In this document: piece after piece, positions 1 to 9,713 of the stretch
Layout: each line of letters starts with the position of its first letter
How positions within the stretch are numbered: position 1 is the first letter of the stretch
Source of the DNA: Vulcanimicrobiota bacterium
Lineage (GTDB): Bacteria; Vulcanimicrobiota; Vulcanimicrobiia; Vulcanimicrobiales; Vulcanimicrobiaceae
DNA length: 64,000 nucleotides
Assembly: GCA_963812155.1 (NCBI GenBank)
Contig: CAWETW010000001.1
Coordinates: 224,001-288,000 of the forward strand
Direction: 5' to 3'
The notes under the pieces: generated by a model
Told to the model about the DNA's origin: nothing
Databases searched by the model: none
The model's input: the letters and a program-made list of their open reading frames with translations, nothing else
Made by a program: the position numbers and the translations under genes

Positions 1-5
1 CCTAC

Positions 6-494
6 GTGCACGTCGTGGAGTTATGCTTCGCGATTCCGGCGGCGACGGTGATGGCGGTAACGCTGCGAGGGTGGGCGCGCAACGCAAGCGCGGCGGCGCT
101 CTGCGCGCTCATGATCCCGTGGATCGCCGTGTGGTCGTTGAAGAAACTCTTCGCGCTGAGCTTGCTGCTCTGCATGCTGTTGCTCGTGCGCCTACAGGTC
201 GAGGCCTTCTTTGCGATCGGCACGTTGGCGGCTCTCGCCGCCGTCATGTACGCGTTCGAACTACGTCCGCCGGTATTGCCCGACGCGTTTCGCGGACCCT
301 ATCGCTTCAACGCACGCGACGTCGTTCAGATGGAGTGGGCAGCGTTCGTCGAAAGTCTGCGTACGACCGACCGCTCGTGGCTGGCAATCAAAATTCCGGT
401 ATGGGCGGCCTTCGTCACGCTGCTCGCCACCGCCGCTGCAGCGTTACGCCGCAGCCGCACTCAAGATCCGGCCTCGATCTCCCGCCGCATTTGA
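6..494 (+). CDS. Hypothetical membrane protein, probably 5'-truncated by the window edge
   Basis: Hydrophobic ORF with several TM-like segments; its 3' end overlaps the convergent thyX. Confidence 0.5.
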   Translation: MHVVELCFAIPAATVMAVTLRGWARNASAAALCALMIPWIAVWSLKKLFALSLLLCMLLLVRLQVEAFFAIGTLAALAAVMYAFELRPPVLPDAFRGPYRFNARDVVQMEWAAFVESLRTTDRSWLAIKIPVWAAFVTLLATAAAALRRSRTQDPASISRRI

Positions 495-1258
495 ATCCAA
501 CCGCGAAAGTTCGCGTGAAACTCCACGTCGGGCGCCGGCGTCGCGACGTGCTCGAACGGACTCAGATGACGGTCCTGCTTGAGCCGGTCGTGCAACACTA
601 AGTCCTTCTCGATCTCGCGCGTTCCGGCATGCGTGAGATACGATACGCGGGCGCACCGTGCGGCCGAAATCTTTTTCTGCGTTGTGATGTCGAGCGTTCG
701 TTCGTCGTCTTGCAGCAACGGTAGATGCCATTCGCCGTTGCCGACCGGCTGCGGCGTGCTAGCCTCCAGCACTGCTCGCATTCTCGTTGCCGCTTCGCGA
801 ATTTCGGGCTGTGCCGTCGGAGCGCATCGCAGCGTAAAGAAATTCTCCCACTCGGTGGACGTAACGATCACCGTATGCCAGAGGAAAGGTTCCAGAATCC
901 GATTGAGCTCTTGTTTATGGACTTTGAGTTCCATCAGTCGTCGCGCGTGTTCCACCGCCGCGTCCCGAGCGCTCAGCCACACTTCCTTAGCACGTTCTTC
1001 ATCCGCCGGTCCCAGCACGTCGTCAGCCGACATTCCCGCTTTATTACGTCCCCATTCCAGCGGTAACACCGGATCGCTCTCGACTTTTTCCAGCAATTTG
1101 CTCGTCGGCACGGCGCGAGAACTCGCGGAATTTCTGGAAAGGACTCTGTGCGTATTCCACTCGGCCAGAACGAAACGCGGGAAGGTGACCTCGAGCGTGG
1201 TGAGGCGAATCCCCGCCGGACTTATCGAGTCCAGAAGGACGCGGGCGGAGTACGCCAT
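461..1258 (-). CDS. thyX: FAD-dependent thymidylate synthase (ThyX/Thy1 family)
   Basis: ThyX-like motif THRVLSRNSASSR, plus SAARCARVSY and HLSPFEH. Confidence 0.85.
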   Translation of the reverse strand: MAYSARVLLDSISPAGIRLTTLEVTFPRFVLAEWNTHRVLSRNSASSRAVPTSKLLEKVESDPVLPLEWGRNKAGMSADDVLGPADEERAKEVWLSARDAAVEHARRLMELKVHKQELNRILEPFLWHTVIVTSTEWENFFTLRCAPTAQPEIREAATRMRAVLEASTPQPVGNGEWHLPLLQDDERTLDITTQKKISAARCARVSYLTHAGTREIEKDLVLHDRLKQDRHLSPFEHVATPAPDVEFHANFRGWIQMRREIEAGS

Positions 1259-1267
1259 CGCGGCTGC

Positions 1268-2350
1268 TTAGCCGCGATAGCGTAGGAACGCCGGAACTTC
1301 GATATCGTCCATGTTCACCGGAGAGACGGCGTCGAGTTTTCCGGTTTTATCGAACGCGTAGCCGCTCTGCGCGTCGGAGTAGCTGCGCGGCGGCCCGAAG
1401 CCGGCCGCGAGCACCGTCACGCGCACCTTGCCGCTCATTCCCGGATCGATCGACGCGCCGAAGATGATTTGCGCGTCGGGATCGACGGCGCGGCTGATCA
1501 TTTCGGCGGCTTCGTTGACTTCGTACATCGCCATGTCCGGGCCGCCGGTGATGTTGAAGATCACGCCGCGAGCGCCTTCGATGGTCGTCTCGAGCAGCGG
1601 CGACGCGATCGCTTTTTGGGCCGCGTCGGCCGCGCGGTGCTCGCCCGAACCTTCGCCGATGCCCATCATGGCCGAGCCCGCGTCGGTCATAATCGTCTTG
1701 ACGTCGGCAAAGTCGAGGTTGATGAGGCCCGGCTGCGTGATGAGATCGCTGATGCCCTGAATGCCTTGGCGCAGCACGTCGTCGGCGTACGCAAACGCTT
1801 CGTTGAGCGGCGTCTTCTTTTCGATGACTTGCAGAATGCGTTCGTTGGGAATCGTGATCAGCGTATCGACTTTCGCTTCCAACTCGACGATGCCGTTCTC
1901 GGCGATTTGCATCCGCTTCTTCCCTTCGAACGCAAACGGCTTGGTGACGACCGCGATCGTGAGCGCGCCCGATTCGCGCGCGATTTCAGCAATCACCGGC
2001 GCAGCGCCGGTGCCGGTGCCGCCGCCCATGCCGGCCGTGAGAAAGACGAGGTCGGCGCCGTCGAGGATCAACGCCAAATCTTCGCGCGACTCTTCGGCCG
2101 CCTCGCGTCCCAGGGTCGGATTCGCGCCGGCTCCCAAACCGCGGGTCTGACCGCCGCCGATGTGCACGGTGTTGTCGGTTGCCGCACTGCGCAACGCTTG
2201 AACGTCGGAGTTGACCGAGAAAAAGTCCACTCCGGAAAGACCGGCGCGAACCATGCGATTGACGGCGTTGCAGCCGCCTCCGCCGATTCCGATGACCTTG
2301 ATGGTGGCGGCGTGTTCGGGCTCGGGAACGGAACGTCGGGAATCGGCCAT
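1268..2350 (-). CDS. ftsZ: Cell division protein FtsZ (core; may extend N-terminally to 2733)
   Basis: IKVIGIGGGGCNAVNRM, GGGTGTG tubulin signature, INLDFAD, C-terminal DIEVPAFLR. Confidence 0.97.
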   Translation of the reverse strand: MADSRRSVPEPEHAATIKVIGIGGGGCNAVNRMVRAGLSGVDFFSVNSDVQALRSAATDNTVHIGGGQTRGLGAGANPTLGREAAEESREDLALILDGADLVFLTAGMGGGTGTGAAPVIAEIARESGALTIAVVTKPFAFEGKKRMQIAENGIVELEAKVDTLITIPNERILQVIEKKTPLNEAFAYADDVLRQGIQGISDLITQPGLINLDFADVKTIMTDAGSAMMGIGEGSGEHRAADAAQKAIASPLLETTIEGARGVIFNITGGPDMAMYEVNEAAEMISRAVDPDAQIIFGASIDPGMSGKVRVTVLAAGFGPPRSYSDAQSGYAFDKTGKLDAVSPVNMDDIEVPAFLRYRG

Positions 2351-2723
2351 TCTTTTTTTCGGTTCCTCCGTGGAGAAAAGCGTGCGTTGGGGGGCGGGTC
2401 TTTCCTTCGATTCGGCAGGCGCGGGTGGCGCCGCTTCGGCAACCGTTGGCGGCGCTTCTGCGACGGCAGGCGGCGGGGCTTCTGAGACGGGTGGCGACGC
2501 TTCCGCGACGGTGGCGACGCTTCCGCGGAGGCCGGCGATTCGATTACCGGCGCAGCGGCGGCGACCGCGGGCTCGTGCTCGGCCGGCGCTTCCAGCAGCG
2601 ATACGTCGGGATTCGGCTCTGCCGCTTCGTGCGCAGGAGCGACGGCTTCTGTGACGGCTTCGGCAGGAGCGGCCGGAGACGGAGCTGCGGCGGAGGCGCG
2701 TTTGCGACGCGGGCGGCGAGGTT

Positions 2724-3944
2724 CTAATTCCATAAATCCGACATCCATTTCGTGACGCGGCGTACGAACGACCCGCCTCGTCGGCGGTTGTGATCGGCGG
2801 CATCGAGTTCGTCGTTCGCCCCAAAAAGCACGAGCCCGATTGCCGTGGCGTATTGCGGGAGCGCCATCGCGTCGGTCAAGCCTCCGATCCGATTCGGCAA
2901 GCCGACGCGCACCGGCAACCCGAAGACGTCCTCCGCAATTGCTTCGATATTCGGCAGCCGCGCACCGCCGCCCGTCAGCACGACTTCGCCGAGCACGAGA
3001 TCGCGGGGAACGTTCTCGACGATCTTCTGCTTGGCCATGCGCAACGTCTCCAAGACCCGCGGGACGACGATGTGGCGCAACTGCTCGGTCGTGTGCTCCT
3101 TGCTGGCGCGTCCGTCCAGCGTGCGCACCTCGAAGCGCTCTTCGTTGCCGGCGTCGCGCACGCCGGCGCCAAACCGTTTCTTCACCTCTTCGGCTTCCGA
3201 GAGCGTGGTCTTCAGCCCGAGCGAGATGTCGCTGGTGAGGATGTTGCCGCCGACGGGAATCGTGGCCGTATAGATGGCGCTCCCGAGCGAGTGGACCGCG
3301 ATGTCGGTCGTCCCGCCGCCGATGTCGAGCATGACGACGCCGACTTGCTTCTCTTCGGGCTGGAGCGTCGCCGCCGAGCTCGCCAGCGGCTCGAACACGA
3401 GCCCCGACGCTTCCAGGCCCGCCCGGTGCACGCACTTGAGCACGTTGGTGATGAACGACGAGCCGCCGGTAACGATATGCGTATCGACTTCGAGACGTCC
3501 GCCGGCCATGCCGACCGGGTCGTCGACGCCCTCCTGGCCGTCCACGGTGAAGTAACGCGGCAGCGCGTGAATGATTTGGCGATCGCTGGGAAGGTTGATG
3601 ATCTTGCTGGCGTCGATGACGCGGCGGACGTCGCTGTGTGAGACCTCGCGGTCTTCACCCGAGACCGCCACGACCGCGCGGTTATTGGTGCTGCGAATGT
3701 GGTCGCCGGTAATGCCCACGAAGACGTCGGAGATGTGGATGCCGGCCATGCGCTCGGCCTTCTCGGTGGCGCCTTCGATCGATTTGATCGTCTCCTCGAG
3801 ATCGACCACGACGCCTTTTCGCATTCCCAGCGACGGCGCTTCGCCGACGCCGACGATTTCGAGACCAGCCGGGCCTTCGACCGCGACGACCGCGCAGGTC
3901 TTGGTCGTCCCGATATCGAGCCCGCAAACGGTCTCGGCCTTCAT
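2724..3944 (-). CDS. ftsA: Cell division protein FtsA
   Basis: GLDIGTTK, LDIGGGTT and VLTGGGA actin-like motifs; directly upstream of ftsZ. Confidence 0.97.
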   Translation of the reverse strand: MKAETVCGLDIGTTKTCAVVAVEGPAGLEIVGVGEAPSLGMRKGVVVDLEETIKSIEGATEKAERMAGIHISDVFVGITGDHIRSTNNRAVVAVSGEDREVSHSDVRRVIDASKIINLPSDRQIIHALPRYFTVDGQEGVDDPVGMAGGRLEVDTHIVTGGSSFITNVLKCVHRAGLEASGLVFEPLASSAATLQPEEKQVGVVMLDIGGGTTDIAVHSLGSAIYTATIPVGGNILTSDISLGLKTTLSEAEEVKKRFGAGVRDAGNEERFEVRTLDGRASKEHTTEQLRHIVVPRVLETLRMAKQKIVENVPRDLVLGEVVLTGGGARLPNIEAIAEDVFGLPVRVGLPNRIGGLTDAMALPQYATAIGLVLFGANDELDAADHNRRRGGSFVRRVTKWMSDLWN

Positions 3945-3988
3945 CCGTGCGTCACCTGTCCGGCGGCTCCCGTCTCAAAAATTCTCAA

Positions 3989-4036
3989 CCACGACATATT
4001 GTGGTGAAGCCATTCATTCCCTACTATAGATTGATT
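3989..4036. promoter_or_regulatory. Tandem NrdR-box-like operators upstream of ftsA
   Basis: CCACGACATATTGTGG (3989-4004) and CTACTATAGATTGATT (4021-4036), starts 32 bp apart, resembling consensus acaCwAtATaTwGtg. Confidence 0.65.
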
Positions 4037-4251
4037 CTTCCGCGCGTGATTCGCTTGGCTTGGCGAGCCTGCGCCCAACTCCTTGGGGACAAAGGTGCGA
4101 ACAGATTGCGCATAGCCTGTGGATGAGTACGCGACGCAGGGACCGCGGCAACCGGTGGAGCATCATGGCGAATCTCCGCGTCCCGCGGACCGGGGCGGCT
4201 CAACGCGACGAGATGCACGACGCTTGCTTTACGACCGCTTGGAGTGCTGCC

Positions 4252-4560
4252 TTGCAATTGTCTCTACAACGTTCCGCCACCATACTCGCGCTGATCGGCG
4301 CCGCGGGCTTCCCGGCCGCTGCAATCGCCGGCGCGGTCGTCGCATCTTCGACGATTCCCGACGGTACGTACACCGTGAAAGTCGAACGCGTGGTCGACCC
4401 CAAGCACGTTCTCGTCGCTATGGACAACGGGAACGAAACGACGCTTGGCGCCGGACGCGATTCGGTCGACTTTGCGAAGGTTCGGCAAGACGACCAGCTC
4501 AAGGTGTCGATCATCGGCGGCTCGGTCATGGTCTACGCCGACCTTACCGCGCACACGTAG
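4252..4560 (+). CDS. Small secreted hypothetical protein
   Basis: GGAG before TTG at 4252; signal-peptide-like N-terminus followed by a short beta-rich domain. Confidence 0.6.
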   Translation: MQLSLQRSATILALIGAAGFPAAAIAGAVVASSTIPDGTYTVKVERVVDPKHVLVAMDNGNETTLGAGRDSVDFAKVRQDDQLKVSIIGGSVMVYADLTAHT

Positions 4561-4566
4561 CCGCGA

Positions 4567-5310
4567 TTACGTCTTTCTAAACACGAGCACGGGAGTGGAC
4601 GGCGCGCGCAAGTCCACCGCTTCGACGCGCTTGCGATCGCGCACGAGCTGACTCAGCACCGGATTCACGAGCGCGAGCTTCTTGTCGAACTCTTCGTCGC
4701 TGCCGAAGAGAATCTTCACGCCGCCGCGCATGGTCGCGACGAGTCCTCCGAACCGGTCGAACGTGAGCTCCAACGGCACGACGTGCGCGGCAATCATCAC
4801 CTCGTAATCGTCGCGCAATGTCTTCACGCCGGCGTCGTTGAGAAACGTGCCGGGATCGAGTTCGACGTATCGCTCCAGCACGAACGCCGGGAGCGTCTCG
4901 GCTCCGGTTGCCGTCGCGAGAACGCGCAGGTCGCGGTCGACGACCGCCGCGTCGCCTTCACCGCGCACGACTGCGAACGGCACCCGTTCGCGCACCGCGA
5001 TGAGCACGGTGGCCGGCGGAACGCGGTACACGTGGACGTTGGCCAGGTACGGAATCGCGGCGACGCGGACCGCCATGGCCCCGGTATTCTGCAGCCACAT
5101 GTTGACGTGCGCCTCGACGCGTGCGCGGCGCGCGATTTCCGAAGTGGGCACGGTGCGGTTTCCCGTGACCGCGACGCGCTGCGGCGCGAAACCGGGCCAT
5201 GCCACGACGAATGCGCCGGCGCACGCAGCGACGATCCCCAGAAGCGTGAGCGGCAGCCAGAACGGACGCAGCCGCCGCGCCGGCGACGGCTTTCGCCGCT
5301 GGCCGCTCAC
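4567..5310 (-). CDS. ftsQ: Cell division protein FtsQ/DivIB
   Basis: Basic N-terminus, one TM helix, POTRA-like VAVTGNRTV...VRERVPFA, C-terminal VDLR. Confidence 0.85.
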   Translation of the reverse strand: MSGQRRKPSPARRLRPFWLPLTLLGIVAACAGAFVVAWPGFAPQRVAVTGNRTVPTSEIARRARVEAHVNMWLQNTGAMAVRVAAIPYLANVHVYRVPPATVLIAVRERVPFAVVRGEGDAAVVDRDLRVLATATGAETLPAFVLERYVELDPGTFLNDAGVKTLRDDYEVMIAAHVVPLELTFDRFGGLVATMRGGVKILFGSDEEFDKKLALVNPVLSQLVRDRKRVEAVDLRAPSTPVLVFRKT

Positions 5311-6113
5311 GCCGCCGAGCCTACGACGTAGGCTTCGATCGCTTCAGCGACGCCGTCGTGGGCGACGTCGCCGACGACGGCGTGCGCGATGCTGCGCAGC
5401 TCGGGCGGCGCGGAACCCATCGCCACCGCGAAACCTGCCGCGCGCAGCAGCGGCGCGTCGTTCCACGAATCGCCGACCGCGACGATCTCTTCCTTACGTA
5501 CGCCCAAGCGATTCGCGACGAACGTCAACGCCTCGCCTTTATCGACGCCGGGATCGAGCACCTCGACGAACTCCGGAAGACTGCGCGTGACGTACGCGCG
5601 CGCACCAAAACGTTCGGCCAGCCGTCTTTCGTAGCGCTCGGCGTCGGCTGCGTCGGCGATGACGACCGCCTTCGTCGCGTCGCTGTAAGCAAACGCTTCG
5701 CGCAGCGACGGCACGACGACCGGTTGCATTTTCGCCAGCCGCGCGTACATATCCGAGAAGCGGTTGCGCGACTGCGCATAGTACTCGTCGTTGCGATAGA
5801 GCTGCAGGTGCACGCCGTCGGTTTCCGCGGCGGCGATTAACTCGCGCACGATCTCGTTGCGCAGCGCCGCGTGACGCAGCACGTCGTCGCTCACGGGGTC
5901 GACGATCGCGGCCCCTTGGTAGCAGATCAACGGTGCGTCGAAGCCCAACTCGCGCGCGAACGGTATCGCAGCGCGATACATACGGCCGGTGACGAGGCAC
6001 CCGCGGACCCCGGTCTGCTGCATGCGATCCACCGCCGCGCGGACGCGCGGTGAGATCGTCAAATCCCCGCCGATAAGCGTCCCGTCGAGATCGAGCGCCA
6101 CGAGTTTATGCAT
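5307..6113 (-). CDS. Cof-type HAD-IIB hydrolase
   Basis: ALDLDGTL, VTGR, VDKG, GDSWND and AMG motifs. Confidence 0.9.
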   Translation of the reverse strand: MHKLVALDLDGTLIGGDLTISPRVRAAVDRMQQTGVRGCLVTGRMYRAAIPFARELGFDAPLICYQGAAIVDPVSDDVLRHAALRNEIVRELIAAAETDGVHLQLYRNDEYYAQSRNRFSDMYARLAKMQPVVVPSLREAFAYSDATKAVVIADAADAERYERRLAERFGARAYVTRSLPEFVEVLDPGVDKGEALTFVANRLGVRKEEIVAVGDSWNDAPLLRAAGFAVAMGSAPPELRSIAHAVVGDVAHDGVAEAIEAYVVGSAA

Positions 6114-6127
6114 GCGCGACGTCGGGC

Positions 6128-9100
6128 TCAGTCGGCGGTGACGTCCGCGGCTTCGCGGACCGCGGGAGTACCGAAGATGCGCTCGAGTTCCGCACGCACG
6201 CGCTGATCCCCCGAGATTCCCCGGCCGACGCGCTTGCTGCGGCCCCGCGCGTGCATGACCACGGGAACTTCCCCCGGCCACTCGTCGATCAGTGCCGCCA
6301 ACCGGTCGATCTGCTCGCGCCCCGCGACCTCGACGTGCCACCCTCGCGCCGGAACGGCGACCGTAGCACGCGCGGCCGGCGCGACGAACGGCACCGCATC
6401 CGTCACGCTGACCGAAAGATCGAGCGGAGGATCTTCTCCCGGCGTCGCTCCGCGCCGCTCGCGCCGCCGCAATCGTCCGACGATGACGAGCGTTGCGTCG
6501 GCCTTGAACGTCGCTTGCAGTTGATCGTAGAGCTTTGCGAAGACGATCGTTTCGCAGGACCCGGTCGTGTCTTCGATTTGCGCGATCAAGATTTGCTGCC
6601 CCGTCTTGGTGAGCGTCCGGCGCACGCTCGTGACGATCCCCGCAACCTTCACCACGGCATCGTCTTCGATTCCGTGAAGCTCTTTGAGCGGTCGTGCGCC
6701 CATGCGAAGAAGCACCGGTTGCACCGCGGCGAGCGGATGGCCCGAGACGAAAACGCCGAGCGTCTCCTTTTCCCACGCGAGCAGCTCGCGCGAACTCGGC
6801 TCCGGGCAGAACGGCAGTTTCGGTGCGAGCGACTCGGGCGCGGATTCTGCAAAGAGCGATGACTGCCCCAGTTCGTGATCGCGCGTCGCGCGCGCCGCTA
6901 CTTCCAACGCCGTGTCGAGCGCCGCGAGCTTGGCGGCCCGATGTCCCGGCAACGCGTCGAGTGCACCGCATCTCACCAGCGCTTCGAAGACGCGGCGGTT
7001 GACGTGCCTTGAGTCGACTCGTTTGGCGAGATCGAAGAGGTCGGCAAAGGCTCCTCCACGATTGCGTGCATCGATGACGTTGCGCACCGCCGCCTCGCCC
7101 ACGCCTTTGATCGCCGCGAGCCCAAAGCGGATGCGGTCGCCGACGACGGCGAAATCGACCAGCGACTCGTTGACGTCGGGCGGAAGCACGACGATGCCCA
7201 ATTTGCGCGCCTCGTCGATGTACTCGGCTAGCTTATCGGTGCGGTCTTTTACCGAGGTCATCAACGCCGTCAGATATTCGAGCGGATGGTTCGCCTTCAA
7301 ATACGCGGTCTGGTAGGCGATCCAGCCGTATGCCGCAGCGTGCGACTTGTTGAAGCCGTATCCGCCGAACGGTTCGACGAACTTGAAGATGTCTTCGGCC
7401 AGCGTGCGGTCGATGTTCGACGTTTCCTGCGCGCCGCGAACGAACTTGTCGCGGTAGAACGGGATTTTTTCCTTCTGCTTCTTGCTCATCACCTTGCGCA
7501 GTTCGTCGGCCTCGGCCATGCTGAACCCGGCCACGTCGCGCGCGATCTGCATCACCTGTTCTTGATAGCAGGCGATGCCGTAGGTCTCGGCCAGAATCGG
7601 CTCGAGCTTGGCATGCAGGTAATACGGCTTCTTGCGTCCGTGCTTGATTGCGATGTAACTCGGAATCGAGTTCCATCGGGCCCGGACGGTAGAGCGCGAC
7701 CAAGGCGATGATGTCTTCGAAGCGCGACGGCTGCAGCTCCGCGCAGACGCGCTGCATCCCGTCGGACTCGAGCTGAAAGATGCCCATCGTCTCGCCGCGC
7801 GCCAGCATCTCGAAGGTCTTGGCGTCGTCGAACGGGAGGCGCGACAGGTCGAACTCCGGATCGGTCGTGCGGCGGATCTCCTTGACCGCATTGTCCATCA
7901 CGGTCAGGTTGCGCAAACCGAGGAAATCCATTTTGAGGAGGCCGATTTTTTCGACCCACTCCATGTCGTACTGCGTGTTGATGCCGCCTTCGTTGAAACG
8001 AACCAGCGGCGTGTATTCCATGAGCGGGCCCGCCGAAATCACGACCCCGGCGGCGTGCGTGCCGGCGTTGCGCGCCAGCCCTTCGATTTCTTTGGCGGTA
8101 TCGAGCAGTTTGCGAATTTCGGGGCGCGAGGAGTAGAGCGACTTCAACTCGCTGAGCTGCTCCAAGGCCTTGGCGATCGTCAGGCCGCCCGGACCCGACG
8201 GAATGAGTTTCGCCACGCGGTCGACGTCGGGCAGCGGCACGCCCAGCGCCCGGCCGGCGTCGCGAATCGCGGCACGCGCCGCCATCGTGCCGAACGTGAC
8301 GATCTGCGCGACGCGATCCTTGCCGTACTTTTCGGTGACGTAGGCGATGACTTCGTCGCGCCGGTCGACACAGAAATCCGTGTCGATGTCGGGCATCGAG
8401 ATGCGATCCGGATTGAGGAAACGCTCGAAGAACAGATTGAAGCGCAGCGGATCGAGGTCGGTAATTTCCAGGCAATAGGCGACCAGCGACCCGACCGCGG
8501 AACCGCGTCCCGGTCCGACCGGTATGCCGTGGTCGCGCGCATACTTCACGAAATCCCACACGATGAGGAAGTAGGACGAGAATCCCATCTTCGTAATCAC
8601 GCTGAGCTCGTACTCGAAGCGTTCGCGCAACGCGGGATCGGTGCGCGCGCGCTCCTCGCCGTATCGCTTGCTCAAGCCGGCGTCGGCAGATCTCGCGCAG
8701 GTACTCCTCATCGCTCTTCTCCGCACCGGCGGTCTGCGGCACCGGGTATTCGGGCAGATGGAAGATCTTTTCGGGGATGCGAATGTCGACGCGATCGGCG
8801 ATCTTCAGCGTGTTCTCGCAAGCCTCCGGAAGATCGCTCCAAATCTCGTGCATCTCGTCCGCCGACTTCACGTAAAAGGCGTCGGAATAGAACTTCATCC
8901 GGCTGGCGTCGGCAACCGTCTTCCCGGTGCCGATGCAGAGCAGCACGTCGTGAGCGGGCGCATCGGTCCGGTCGAGGTAGTGGGAGTCGTTGGTCGCGAC
9001 GATCGGCACGCCCAATTCGCGAGCGACCGAGACCAGCCCGGTGTTGATAAGGTCTTCTTCCGGCATTCCGTGGCGCATGACTTCGATGTAAAACCGGTCG

Positions 9101-9592
9101 CCGAAGATCTCGACATAGGTTTTGGCGTTTTTCAGGGCCGTCGCGTAGTCGTTCCGCAGGAGCGGCGCAGCCACCAATCCCGACATGCATCCCGACAGGA
9201 CGATGAGCCCGTCGTGATGCTGCGCGAGCAGATCCAGGTCGATGCGCGGCTTGTAGTAGTAACCTTCGAGAAAGCCCTTTGGAGACGAGCGCGGTGAGAT
9301 TCCGGTAGCCGATCAAGTCGGCGGCCAGCAGCGTCACGTGCGCTTCCTCGCGGACCGTGCGATCGAAGCGTCCGCGCGGCGCGAGGTACGCTTCGCAACC
9401 CACGATCGGCGTGACCTTGTGATCGCGCGCGGCGTAGTAAAATTCCATGGCGCCGTACATCACGCCATGGTCGGTAAGGGCAACGCCGGGCGCACCGTGC
9501 TCGGCCGCACGGCGACAGAGGCGGTCGACCCGGCACGCTCCGTCGAGGAGCGAATATTCCGAGTGAACGTGAAGATGGACGAAACGGTTCAA
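6128..9592 (-). CDS. dnaE: DNA polymerase III alpha subunit, with three apparent +1 frameshifts near 9277, 8685 and 7667
   Basis: HLHVHSEYSLLDG PHP domain, PGRGSAVGS, MPDIDTDF, KMDFLGL and GFNKSH spread over four successive frames. Confidence 0.95.
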
Positions 9593-9713
9593 CGAGACTC
9601 CCTAGAGGAGGACCTTGTGCCGGCTTGCAGGCAGCCTAAAGTCATGGGGTTCGGCCCCCGGCCAGCATAGTATAGGGTAGCAGAGATACGGGGTCATCAG
9701 GAAAGGGTCCGAA

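Noticed and set aside
6128..9592. dnaE as a pseudogene, split gene or programmed frameshift
   Set aside because: Three scattered +1 indels with intact motifs, no slippery sites and no intein; the same pattern appears in many other genes
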